Of a stretch of 64,000 bases of DNA, positions 49,448 to 61,735 are shown piece after piece (position 1 is the first letter of the stretch; every line of letters starts with the position of its first letter). The translations under genes and the position numbers were made by a program. The stretch comes from Trichodelitschia bisporula (Eukaryota), in the NCBI GenBank assembly GCA_010356995.1, contig ML996699.1, positions 713,697 through 777,696 on the forward strand. The letters are read 5' to 3'. The notes beneath the pieces were generated by a model that had not been told where the DNA came from, did not search any database, and saw only the letters and a program-made list of their open reading frames with translations.

Positions 49448-52400
49448 TTACTCGCGCTCGCCACGCCCACGCCTCTCCCGCTCCCCACTCCCATTCTTAA
49501 CCACCTCAAGAATCGTATCCCTCGCCTGCTCAACCCCCTCCTTGGGCCCCACAATCTCAATAGCCTCCGCCTTCGCCTGATCTTTCGGCACCGTAATCCG
49601 CGTCCCCGTCTTCTTCCGAATACTATTGATCTGCGACCCGCCCGGCCCAACAACAAGGCGATACGTCTTCGGGTCCGGCAGGATGAGATAGCCAGTCCAC
49701 TTCGGCTTCTGCGCGGCCTCGAGGGCGGATTGCAGCGATGCCTTGGCCTTGGCTACGCTCTCGGCGTTGCCGCGCAGGATCCACGGGATTTCGCCTTCTT
49801 CTGTGGAGGCGCCCGCGCTGGTGTCCACGAGCTCCCATGAGTGCGTGTCTGCGGCTTCGGCGGGGTCGTCCGTGATCAGCGGGGCGGCGGCCGTATTGCG
49901 GCCGCGGTTGGCTGGCGCAGCGGGCTTGGGCGGCGGGTGCTGCCCCGCGTGGTCCACGGTGACCTTGTGGTCGTTGCGAAGACGACGGAAGAACTGGCCG
50001 TTATCGGAGATAACGTGGTGGATGCGGCGGGGGACCATGACGGTCTCGCCCTCCTGCTCCTTGACCAGGTTGGCGATATGGACCTTAGCCTTCTCAACAT
50101 CATCCGGATTGCCCGTCAGTTTGATCTGGGAACCTTCGGGTCCAGTGACACCCTGCTTCGGGATGTCGATCCCGACGTTAAGTTGGGACTCAAGGTTGCG
50201 GCGGGTCTCGCCGCCGCGGCCGATGAGCAGGCGATGCTTCTCCGGGGCCACTTCAAGAATCTCGCTGACGTGGCTCTCACGCTGCTTAACGATCGCCTCA
50301 ATGGCGGCGGCGACCTTGTCGACCACATCCTTGTTGCCCTCGAGGCGGATGGCGTTGTCCTTGGAGTCAGGACGGGGGAAGCGCACCATGCGTGCGAGCT
50401 GGTGAGCGTCATCGGGCCCGCCAGCCTCGACCACGATCTTGCGGATGTGGTCGCCTACGAAAGTTAGGGAAAATGCTTCATTATAGCAAACAAATGTACT
50501 GACCTCTAGCGCCAATGAGCGCCTTGTGGAACTGACGGTCCACATCAAGTGTGCGAGTGACGGTCTGGTCAAAAGTCTTGACCCGATCCTCCAGCAGCTT
50601 CTTCGCCTCCTCGACCTGCTTCTTCGTTCCGCGGAGGCGGATCTCGACACGGCCGCCCGAGCCGGCGGACTCCTTCGCGCTAGGAACGTCGATCTGGCAA
50701 CCAGAGGCGAGACGGAGGTTCTCCATCTCGCGCCCACCTTGGCCAATCAATTGGGGAACCTGGTTCTGGGCCACAGAAACGGTGGCGGAGTGCGAGTTGT
50801 CAACGACATACTGCAGCAGGTTCAGGAGCTCCTCACGAGCTTCCTCGGCGCCCCGCTTGGGGCCCTTGATAACGACCTCATCCTGCGGCTGGGTGGCGCG
50901 GGAATTTTTGGCGGGCGCGTCGTTGGAGTCGGCGTCGTCGTTGGGGCTCGCGGACGTACGCGGGAAGTTGATGCGGACATTATAGCGGTCCTGCAGGCGG
51001 TTGACCTGAGTGCCCTTGGGGCCGATGAGGTCGCGGTGATACTGAGGCTTCACCTTGATGATGAAGGTGGCCTCATCTTCAAGCTTGCGGGCAAGCTGCA
51101 GAATGTTCGACTTGCAGGCTTCGCACTTCGCCTTCGGGCCCTTAAGTTCTACCTTGCCGTCAGGGACGCGGATTTCCACGTCAAACTCCTCTTCAAGCTT
51201 GCGTTTGTTTTCACCGCGTTTGCCGACAAGGTATCCAGCGTACTTTTGCGGATAATCAAACAACATGGTGAATCCGCGCTCAACCTCGTCCTTCTTCTCT
51301 TGCTCGATGAAGGCCTCAAGCCTAGCCTGCAGCTCCTTCACGGCATCACTGGGACCGCGCAGTGGAAGAGCACCGCCCTGCTTCCCTTGGAATTGGACCT
51401 GAACCGGGATGCGACCGGCGGGTTGACCAGACTGCTCACGCTCGACGTAGCGCCGAATCTTGTCGTGGTACTTGGGCGGAGCGTCAAAGTTGTGCGAGAC
51501 GATGTCCTGGTACTCCTTGATCATGCTCGCAAGCTGCTTCTGAGCCTGGACAATGGCCTCCTCCATCTTGCGAATGTCAGCCGGCGAGGGTTGCTGACGC
51601 GGCACGTCGTACTCGGACGGCGAGCCCGGCTCCTCGTAGACAAGGAGCAGATCCGATGAATCGCCATCGGGGAAGACAATGTGCACGCCATGCTGCCGGC
51701 GGAGTTGCTGGGCCTGCTGCTCCCGAATATGACGGTGAAAGAAGGGGTCAACATCAACCGGGCGGAGCCTAGCCGGCGGATGAGCGTTAACGTACTGAAG
51801 GATATCAGCACGCGCGTTCCGAGCATTCTTATAGTCCTTGGACCAGATCTGCCACGCGGACGGAGCTTCGTCTCCCCGGGGCAAGACGATGCTCGCATTG
51901 TGCTGACGCTCCAAGGCATCGACAGCCTGGCGCTCCCTCAAATAGCGGGTCACATTGCGCGCGTGCGCCGATGAACCGCCAGGAGCGTTGGCGAACTGCT
52001 TGCCAATATCGACGGAAGTCGACTGCATCTGGCCAGCAAGCTCCTCAACCTTGTCGTGGCCCGAAGCCAGCTTGTCCGAAGGCCCAACGATGTACAGAAT
52101 CTCACTGTCATCACCAGGCGGCGGCCGAACCACAGTGCAGCCGGTCTCAGCAAGGAAGTCGTGGAGGGAAGTGCCCTTGTCGCCAACGATGAATTGGTGC
52201 CGGTTAGGCTCGACCTCGATCTGCTTCACTCCGAGCTGGTTACGCAGAGCACGAGCATGGTTCTCAAGCTCTTGGCGAACCTGCTGAGCGGCCTGGCGAT
52301 CACCCGAGATCTGAATCGGGTATGATGCCTGCGGAGTGAACGTCGGCCGGCCCTGCTCGGACTGCGACGGAGCCTGATCCTTCCACATCTGGTAGTGGGG

Positions 52401-53468
52401 AATCTGGACACGGATGTCACGCCCATTCTCGAGCTTGCTGACACGAGCGTTGTTCGGGCCAGCAAGGAACGGGTAGAACTCGGCCGGGATGTCCCTCAGG
52501 CGGAGGTTGACGGTGGAGGTGCGTTCGTTAACGATGTTCTCAATTTCCTGGCGAGCCATATTCGCCGCAAGGGCGTCGCCCTCAACGATGACATCGATGA
52601 GCGGGTCGTCATCCTCACCAGTAGGCGCAGCTACCTCCTCGGATTTTGGCATTTGGATCTTCGCTCCGGTGCGCTTTTGAATGGCTTGGATGGTGGCGCC
52701 CTGGCGGCCAATGATGAACGGGCGAACCGACGCCGGAATCGGCACCTTGACCGACTGCTTGGAGCCAATCTGGCCCGCAACTTCCTTCAGCGCCTGGCGA
52801 ACAGCATCGACCGGGCCTTTGCCCTCGAAGCCGATGGTACCATTGGCGCCATCGCGAATCTCGATGCGAGCTTTCGACCGCCTGTTGATGTCACGGATGA
52901 TCTCAGGAATCGGCTTCTTGAGCTGGGCACGAGGGGCAAGCTGGTTCGGATAGAAAAGGATGCGCTCCACATGCTGCCCCGGAAGGCTGACAGTCGACGG
53001 CACGGTAGATCCGGGGGTGTTCAGGCCGGGGGTTGAGGCGCGGGACGAAGCTAGGCTGCCCTGCACAGCACCGTTGGTCCCCGCCTTGTTGCCGTTGGTC
53101 GTGACAGAGGCGGGCTTCTTGCCCCAGCCCTGCTGGAAAGCAGCAGGCGCGGCCTTCGGAGCACCAAGAGCGGGGAAGGCTTCCTCCGATTTCGTGTCCA
53201 GGACCGGGGTAGCCTTCTTCTTCGGGGCCTCAGGCTCGGCTTTCTGCTTGCCCTTTGCAACATCCGACTCGGCAGTCGCAGTGGAGGAGTCAACAATGGC
53301 AGGCGAGGTAACCGACGAAGAAGGAGCAGGATGAGCCAGATCATCCTCATCGGGGACGTCTTCAACCTGCACCCGATGAGCCTGATCGTGCACAGCCAGA
53401 AGCTTCTGGGCGGCAGAAGTGGTCTCGGGAGCGGTGGTGCTAGCACCAGCCACAGCTTCGGAAGCCAT
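49448..53468 (-). CDS. SCP160: Vigilin/Scp160 multi-KH-domain RNA-binding protein; intron 50455-50503
   Basis: Many KH GxxG loops (IIGRQGATI, IVGDKG, LVGKRGEN, LIGPKGTQV, LIGQGGRE, LIGARG|DHI, LIGRGGET, VVGPGGSQI); N-terminal SEEAFPALG. Confidence 0.93.
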
Positions 53469-54174
53469 TATGAACGGTAAAAGGTGGCCTTAAGATGTGA
53501 TCACCGACGAGCAAGCGGCAGATGTAGGGCGAAGGTGGAGACGCTTAGGACAGCAGCAGTTGCTGTGAGGCTGTTAGAGTGATGACGAAAGTGGGATGCG
53601 GATGTGAAGAGACAATAGGTGTGCAAATGGGATGATGTGAGATGTGAATGAGATGAGACGAGCGTGTGTACTGACCGTTGTAACTGGGCGAGCAAATTGG
53701 TGATGTTCAGTGCGTGTGGAGAAGTTGTGGGTTGAGTCCAGTGGATGGAGGGAGCTGGCAGGTGCTAGGAAGCAACAAGCATTCCCCGAAAGTCGGTGCG
53801 GGTGAAGGTGGGGTAGGGGCAATTGGGACGGGTGGATGCAGATGCAGAACTTTGAGGAATGGTAATGGGTTCAAGGAGATGTTGTTGAAATCTCCGTGAA
53901 TTGGGGTTGTGGTGTGAGTTGAAGAAGAGGTGGAGAGAGCAAAGGAAATGGGGAGTTCAATGGCCACCTGTTGACTTGCTTAAAACTTTCTTTTGGGTGC
54001 CTGAGGTGGTTGCGGGTCAAAAGGGTGTGAGGCGAGCGAAAGTTCGAAGACGACACTTGTGTCTGCCAAGCCAAGCCGCTCGACATCTGAACCGTGGGAC
54101 AAGTTGGTCTCTTCTCTCTCCTTGTCCCATGGAAATAATTCAAATCATCTTTTAGTTCCATTGCTGGACTTTTT

Positions 54175-54374
54175 GTTCATCGTTCATCGTTCATCGTTCA
54201 TCGTTCATCGTTCATCGTTCATCGTTCATCGTTCATCGTTCATCGTTCATCGTTCATCGTTCATCGTTCNNNNNNNNNNGTTCATCGTTCATCGTTCATC
54301 GTTCATCGTTCATCGTTCATCGTTCATCGTTCATCGTTCATCGTTCATCGTTCATCGTTCATCGTTCATCGTTC
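54175..54374. repeat. Perfect heptanucleotide tandem repeat (GTTCATC)n containing an assembly gap (N at 54270-54279)
   Basis: Directly visible; true length unknown because of the gap. Confidence 0.98.
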
Positions 54375-54981
54375 TTCATTCATCATCTCTTCACTATCTG
54401 TCTCGCCACAACCACTTCTCACAACGTGCACTTTGCCCCGCATCTCCCCCGCTCTCCCTCTTTTCTCTCCCTTCTCTCCCTCTTTTCCCTCCCTCTCTCT
54501 CTCCCTTTTCTCTCCCTCTCTCTCTCCACATCTCAATAATTTTCTCCCTTCATCATTTGCTCAACCCTCCGATTCTCCGCGCCCTTTAGACCCTTGGAGC
54601 CACTCTGTCCAGTTGAATAGCTGGTTGGATGACGAAGCCTTACTAGCACTAAGACGGCTTGAAGTGGATGGCCAGATGCGTCTGGCCCACTGGTTCATGC
54701 AGGGGGCCGTCCCCAACATCCAGACCGCGTCACCGCCAGGTACCGAGTGGTCCTGCTAGGAGTGCACTGTGCCCCTCACAAATCACTGCATTGCAAGATT
54801 GACGGTGCAAGATTGACGGTGCAAGATAATGAATTTCCCTTCATACATCCAAGCTTGCTATCTATTTCAACACATGACATCCCGAGATGTCCAAGCTAAC
54901 CAAGCTAACCAAGAGCTAAATGACAAGCGCACGGTACTTCCAAAGAGCCAGATTCTCAGTCCAAGCTGACCAGATGTCCCG

Positions 54982-56351
54982 TCACTTCTTGCCAAACACC
55001 CAAATGACGCCTTGCTCACGCTCAACCTTCCATCCCTTCCGAAGCTCCCTCTCCACCGCCGGGCCGACCTTAGCCCGCCCCCCGGTGCTGTGATTGCCGA
55101 GTCCAACAATGATCTTGTACGGCGAGTAGTTACCACGAGACATACCCCCGAGCCTCCGCTCCCCCAGACCCTCCCACCAAGCCTCAACCCGCTCACGGGC
55201 GAGCCGCGTAGCCTCACTGACATTGAAATCGTGCAGATCGAGCTCCGTCTTGCTCGTCTGCGCCGCAGCAAACCGCTCGCGCTCGGCCAATTCAGCCTTT
55301 TTGATCGCAGCATTGTATTCGCGCGCCTGGTTGCTGTAGTAACTGGTCGCATGCGCCATGTAGTGGTCGGACTTGCTCCTGCGGGCGTAGAGGCGCGACT
55401 TGTTGAACGCCTCGTCGCGGAGCGCCCGGATGGACTTGCTGTCCTGCCCGGGAGCCAACTGAGACGGTGCCAAACGGGGCGCCGAAGGGGATGGCGAAGG
55501 GGAGCGTGATGGGTGGCTGAGCTTGATCGCCTCGTACTCGGGTACAATAGGACCGTCCGCGTAGATGATGCTATCCAGATCTTCAGACGCAAGATCACGG
55601 CCGAGCTGGCGCGCACCATCTTGATCTTTGGTGAGGTTCACCAATGCAATCGCTTCTGGAAACTGGAGGGCTGGATTGTCTTCTGTTAATTCGATAGCCA
55701 GGCATATGACCGTATCATCGTCGAGATCTTCGACTTGGACGGCTACGAACTCGCCGACCAAGTGTGCGATGGTTTTGGACCTCGAGCGGCCGCACTGTTC
55801 ATAGAGAGATGCGATGGACTTGGCGGGGAACGCAGTGCGAGATGCGATGAAGTGGATATCCTCACCGCTCCTCTGCCACACGTTCCCGAGCTGCGTAGTC
55901 GATGTGAGGTCCGAGGACGACGAGTCCCGTGTCTGGAGGGTCGACCTCCTATTGTGCTTTTTCTTTCCCTTGCCGCGCGGACTTACGATGCCCTCAGCGA
56001 ATCCGTCAACTCCCTTGTGCGCAGCTAAGGGACCGGTGTACGCATCGTCTCCAGCGTAGCTGGTGCTACTCGGTGTGCTGCGGCTCCCAGTCTGCGTGCT
56101 GCTACCCAGTCCGGTCGGATCAAAGCCGGCCGTATCTTGACACATTGCGGCATCCTGGAAAATGCTCAATGTCTCGCGCACGAGGCGTACTTGCTCCTGC
56201 TTGGAAAGGCCTTCGTAATCAGAGAGAGTAGAGCGGATCAGCGATCCGTCCACGAATGGAAATTCCGCCTAAGTGTTGTCAGCACAACTCTCTAGCTTCC
56301 CGGTCCTGCGCGCACCTCAAATTGTTGGGCAAGGGCGTCATGGTCAACCAT
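54982..56351 (-). CDS. Smr-domain protein with DUF1771-like helix and CUE-like segments (Cue2-like endonuclease); intron 56269-56315
   Basis: MVDHDALAQQFE|AEFPFVD...; A..YY...AREY helix; LDLHDFNVSEA and IIVGLGNHSTGGRAKVGPAV Smr motifs. Confidence 0.85.
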
Positions 56352-56752
56352 GCATCTTGATTTTTGGGACGAGACTGGCATCGTGGGTCATGAAGATGAA
56401 AGTGAAAGTGGCGATGATGATACGAGGGGTAGCAAAGGACATAATAATTATGTGATTTTTCCAAGAGAGAATGAATCAAAAAGGGAGCGATGTTCTGCCA
56501 GCAGGTGCTGCGATTTGCGACTGTTTGGAATGTTGATAGTGTTGTAGTGCAGAGGCGTGCGAGGTGCAGAGCACGGAACGTGGGAACCTGTGGGGGATTT
56601 TCAGGCGATCGGGCGCACTGGCCACATGGAGATCGGGTGCACCCGCGCCCAGATACCATAAACGCCGTGGAGGCCCAATGACCTTGCGAGCGTAGAGCGG
56701 GCGTCGTCATAAGCGCCGGTGGATATCTGCCGCGTTTACTAAGCGAGGCTCG

Positions 56753-56789
56753 GCTCCAGCTCCAGCTCCAGCTCCAGCTCCAGCTCCAG
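56753..56789. repeat. (GCTCCA)6 microsatellite
   Basis: Directly visible. Confidence 0.9.
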
Positions 56790-57073
56790 TCTCCGCTCTC
56801 ATAGCCGACATCTCTTCAATGTAGCTTAGCATTCGCTCTCAATTATGACTCTGATCGCACTTCACCTTACCTGCCACTATAGGCAAGAACGAGGGACCAA
56901 GGGCCACCCGGAAAAATGATGAGCTATGAAGCCCCGTAACTCCAGGTGCAGCTTCCCATCAAACGCAAAACACCTTCTTCCAAGTTCACCAGCAACACAC
57001 TTTACACCTTCCTACAAGTTCAACAACACCATTTACACCTTCCTCCAAGTTCGCCAACAACACACTTTCCACC

Positions 57074-58441
57074 ATGGACGAAAGCTCAAGCTCTCCCCCC
57101 ACCATCTCCCTCCTATTGCGCCTCCACCCCGCGCCCTCGTCCCCATCTCCCCCTCGCGAACCCCAACACCAAACTCAATACCCGCCCGACCCCACCGTCG
57201 CCGCCCGCTGCCGCTGCGGCAAGCCTGTCTCCTTCTACAGCTCCAACGACCCGGCCGTACGTCTCAAGCAGTCCGAGCAGCTCTCGGCACCCCACCCACC
57301 CTCGTGCCCCGCCGTCTCCCTCCCATGGCAGCTCCTTCCCACACCCTCCCCCCCTCGCGAATCTGAACACCAAACTCAATACCCGCCCGGCACCCCCGAC
57401 ACCGCTCGCTCCAGCTACGGCAAGCTCACCAGCGACTGGGGCTTCGACGAACCGGCTGTGTTCAGCAGGCTGACCGAAGAACTCTTGGCACCCTTGACGC
57501 CCTCGTGCCATCCTATCACCAAATAACTGCCCGACTCCACCCGCACCCACCGCTGCCGCTACGGCAAGCTCGAGAGCTTCGCCCCCGGCAGCGACCCGGC
57601 TGCTCGCCAGAGGCTGCGCGAGCAGCTCGCGGAACCCCACGCACCCTCGTACGGTCCCACCATCGAATACTTCTCCCCACCCCCCCCTCCGTTCCCTCGC
57701 GAACCTGAGCGCCAAACTCAATATCCGCCCGGCGCCCCCAGCACCGTTTGCTGCAGCTACGGCAAGCTCCTCGGCTTCGCAGGCTTCAACGACCCGGCTG
57801 TTTGCCGCAGGCTGTCTGAGCAGCTCTCGGCGCCCCACGCACCCTCGTGCGGTATCATCACCGAATACCTGCCCGGCTCTACCGTCACCAACCGCTGCTC
57901 CTGCGGCCATCTCGAGAGCTTCACCCAGGGCAACGAACCGGCTGTTCGCTGCAGGCTGTTCGAGCAGCTCGGGAGGCCCCACGCACCCTCATGCGGTCCC
58001 GTCATCGAATACTTCCCCCCAACCCCCTCTCCCTCGCCCCCCTCTCCTTCCTCTCCCCCTCGCGAACCCTAACAGCAAACTCAATACCCGCCCGACCCCG
58101 CGGTCGTCGACCGCTGCGTCTGGGGCCACCCCGTCTCCTTCAGAGCCTCCGACGACGTCGACCCGGCTGTATGCCGCCCGCATTTCGAGCAGCACTCGGC
58201 GCCCCACCCACCCTCATGCCCAGTCCGCATGGAACACAGCGACGACGAGATCCGCTTCCTACGGTCCCTGCTCACAGATCCGAAGTATGCCTCGCAGGTG
58301 ACGAACATCACTGCCGTGATCGAAATGTACCGCACCGGGTACCTGCCTGCGGCGAGCGACGCGACGGGCTCCATAGCGCTGTGGAATGTTCGGGAGGTTA
58401 CATTGAATGAGGTGACGCGCCACCCCCCGCAAGAGGTATGA
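57074..58441 (+). pseudogene. Disrupted gene with six tandem 170-190 bp coding repeats followed by a helical domain (DPKYASQVTNITAVIEMY)
   Basis: Repeat consensus R-C-x-x-G-[KH]-x-x-SF...DPAV..RL.EQL..PH.PSC; stops at 57524 and about 58070; frameshifts in C-runs. Confidence 0.7.
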
Positions 58442-59335
58442 CTTGCGGTGACTTGTCTAAGGGCAAGGTGAGGGCCTGGCTCTCTAATGACATTTGACTT
58501 TTCAAGCCCGGCGTGTACAGGACTCAACTAACAACTTCTGCCTTTGGACTCGTTAAAAATTGAACGCAGGAGCATGGGATGTTTAAGAGCCTTGTCTGTC
58601 AACAAAAGTATCAAGCACACGCAACCTACTGCCATATCAATCCTGTGCAATCACTCTTCGTATGCTTGTCTACGGGAGTACCCACCGGCCCCGTCAACAC
58701 TGTGCAGCCATATCACTGCTACCAATGGCTCAAGGGCACTTTGTGTCAGTGATGGAGGATGAAAGTCGATGGCAGAAGTTGATAGAATCAAGACGAGTGA
58801 GGAAAACAGCAACGGATCCTGTCATGTGAGCTGGCTGTGGTCGAACGTACTCGGTACTCACCGGCCGCGGCGCTCTTTCCTGGTCACTGATGCTCCTCTC
58901 TCTCGAACAGCTGCACCTGCACCCTTTCGTGGTTCAGAAGCTACGCTACCACTTGATGGGGAAGCAACTTCCCTCCGAGCTCGCTGCGCACGAGCCAGTC
59001 CCTGGGGAGATAAAAGGACGGCCTCCGCTCCAACTTCGACCAAACCTCAACATCCCACCATTGTCAACCAGCACCACTCAAGATTCGACCAAACTTCAAC
59101 ATCCATCACTCAAACTCTCTCATTCTTCCATACCAAGTTTACTACAACGTCTTCGTCTGATGCCACATTCTTTGCTACCATCGCATCCTTCCTTGCCCAA
59201 CTCTGTCAGCCCAGCATCACATCCCAAGCTTCGGTCAGACCTCAGCATCCATCAGTCAATGTCAGCCCAGCACCACACCTCAAGCTTCAATCAAACTTTA
59301 GCATTCATCATTGCCAGTCAAACGTCACGCCTCAA

Positions 59336-61735
59336 GTAAGTGTTTCATGTCGCCTGCTGCTGCTGTCCGGTTTGACTAACTCCACCAGGTTTCCGTCGAG
59401 GACTTATTCCCCTGGCACGTCCTTGATCAGTTCATAGCAGCCCCGAGTGCCGCCATGCCACCGCCACCCCACCGCCAAGTCGACGGGGCTATTGTGTACG
59501 ACCGCTGGGGAAACCCAGTGTCGTTCGCAATAGTCCCCGGGCAAGCCGAGGATTGAGCCGGACAACAGCCAAAATGTGGCAGAGCTTCAGGTCGCGATGA
59601 CAATACCTGAACTGGCCTGTCACCGTGATAACGTCACCATCGCGATCAAAAAGTACGGCCTCACGAAGAACGTGCGAGAGCCCTTTGCTCTATGCGAAGG
59701 GGTTATCCTCTCGCTAGAAGAAGCGATGCTGATCAACCCCATGGAACACCCCATCTGGCTTGAGGTATACTGGCATGCTCGGTTCTCTATGATGAGCTAC
59801 TTATTCTTATAGCTCCCTTAGGCGTTTCAGATGCTCCATTACGTGTACCCGCCCCACTCACTCCAACTTCAGCGCATCATCCCAAGCATCGATTATTACC
59901 CATCGCTGAGCATCTTCTCCCATCTAACCTGTATCACCTCAAGTGAGTGTTTCATATCACCTACTACTGCTGTCCGGTTGACTGACTCCACCAGGTCCCC
60001 GTCCAGAACGCCATCGATTACGACGAGCAAGAGCACCCGGTGTCCGTTTTCATCGTGCCGGGTCAGGCAGCCGTTCACCCCCATGCCGGACGCAATTGAC
60101 TACGACGAACAAGGGCAGCCGATCTCCTTCTTCATCAAGCCGGGGAGAGCAGCCGGGCAGACTGCCGCTTTGCGGCAGGCCAAGCCCTACTATGGGCAGA
60201 AGCTGGCAGATTTGCGCTTGTTCACCTTCGCTTGCGCTTCATATTCAACATGCGATCCACTTCTATACGCGTTACGTCAATTGCTTCTGTACCTGGCCTG
60301 ACTCCTGCCAGCTTTTAAAGACCAGCGAGCGAATCTCTCTGCCTGCGTGCGGCTTTACAAGTCGGTCCAAGTCCCGACTGAACCGTTCGCCGTCCGCGAC
60401 GGCGTATTCATCTCTTTGGAAGAGGCTGCCCTCACCAACCCAGCCGAGACGCCGATAAGGCTGGAGGTATACTGGCATGCTTGCTTCTTTACGATGAGCT
60501 AATGTTCTCCTAGGTCCCCGAGGCCTCGCAGCTCGCTCAGTTCACCTACCCGCCCTATCCTCGGTTTCAAAGCTCTGCTGAGGTACATAAGCCGTCCCCA
60601 TGTTTTTTTCGCACGGCATACTCATGCGTTAGGTCTTTGTCCAAATGCGCCTTCCTCGACAGTGGGGCGCGAGCCTCAGCGGCATGTATGTTACGCTCCT
60701 CCGATACGGGGAGCAATCTCGCGGAGGTTACGGACTCGGACCTGAGAGCTCTGGGGCCTCCACCAGCATCCCCCCCGCGGATGTTGCGTGTGCAACATCC
60801 CGGTAACCACACCGAGATGCTACCTTGTGTCCTAGTCGAGACGCGACCTGTGGACGACAAAAACACGCCCCTCTCGGATTGGGTGCCAGAAGTGGCGGTA
60901 AAGCGCCACACGCCCGGCAGGTTTCGGCTGTCGGGCATGGCGGTCAAGGCCGCCCTTCCCAAGAGCCTTGTGCCGGGGCACGGGGCCCTGTACGTTGCGA
61001 GTTCAAAGAGCCAGGTGGGAAGAATGCTTCCAAGTCATTGATGTTTCTTGTGGCGCGTGGAGCGCGCTCTCTGCACTGGCAAGCCGGAATGAAACCCTTT
61101 CCTGGAAAATGGGAAAGTCAAAATACTGGCAGCGCTCAGTGGCAAATCGCAGCCCGCTGTTGTGCGCGCACAAATCTCTGACGTTCGGTTCTCGGAGATG
61201 GCGGTGAAACGGGTGCTCTTCAAAGGCATTACGCCAGGAAACGGAACGTTAAACACCACAGTTCCAACAACACTGCCAGTCGTCACTCCGAACACTCGAA
61301 GTCTCACGTGCATCATATCCAGCTGTTCCGGTGTGCTTCTTCTTTGCACCTGGTGGCTCCTAGACCTCAATGTCCCCTCGCGCCGTTGTACGACACCGGG
61401 AGCGACCTGACCGAAGTCATGGTGACTGAACTGGCCATCCTAGGGATCCCACCGAACGCAGAGCTGCCGCCGGTCTGGGTGGAACTAGTCGGAGGCTACG
61501 TCGAGTACTCATTCGGGGTTCTGGTGGAAACCAGGTTCACCAATTCCTAGTACGAGCCTGTGACAGAGTGGATTCTTGAGTCCGCTATCATGCGCAAGCA
61601 GCCCGTTGAGTGTCGGCCCTCTGGGACGGCGATCAAGGATGTGCTCTTCAAGGGCATGGTGCCAGAAAGCGGCTCGCTGTACGCGGGGACGTTCAAGACG
61701 AATGTGGTTCGCGCTTTACCCAGCAGCCGCTAGTT
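59336..61735 (+). pseudogene. Tandem decayed paralogues of a retropepsin-like (DTGS) aspartic-protease-fold gene family
   Basis: Duplicated 5' intron (59336-59388, 59943-59994); YDxxGxPxSF motifs; paired EPFA..G..SLEEA...NP.E.PI.LE exons; two DTGS domains (about 60703 and 61392) with similar C-termini; multiple stops and frameshifts. Confidence 0.65.

Noticed and set aside
54175..54374. Telomeric repeat
   Set aside because: The unit is not TTAGGG-like and is flanked by ordinary genes.
54059..54589. 176-aa ORF with IVHRSSF repeats
   Set aside because: It is a translation of the heptamer satellite across an N gap.
57113..57982. 289-aa minus-strand ORF
   Set aside because: Antisense shadow of the C-rich repeat; the conserved Cys/His pattern and downstream domain are on +.
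59336..61735. LTR retrotransposon, suggested by the DTG protease motifs
   Set aside because: No gag, RT, RNase H, integrase or LTRs seen, and the copies contain spliceosomal introns.
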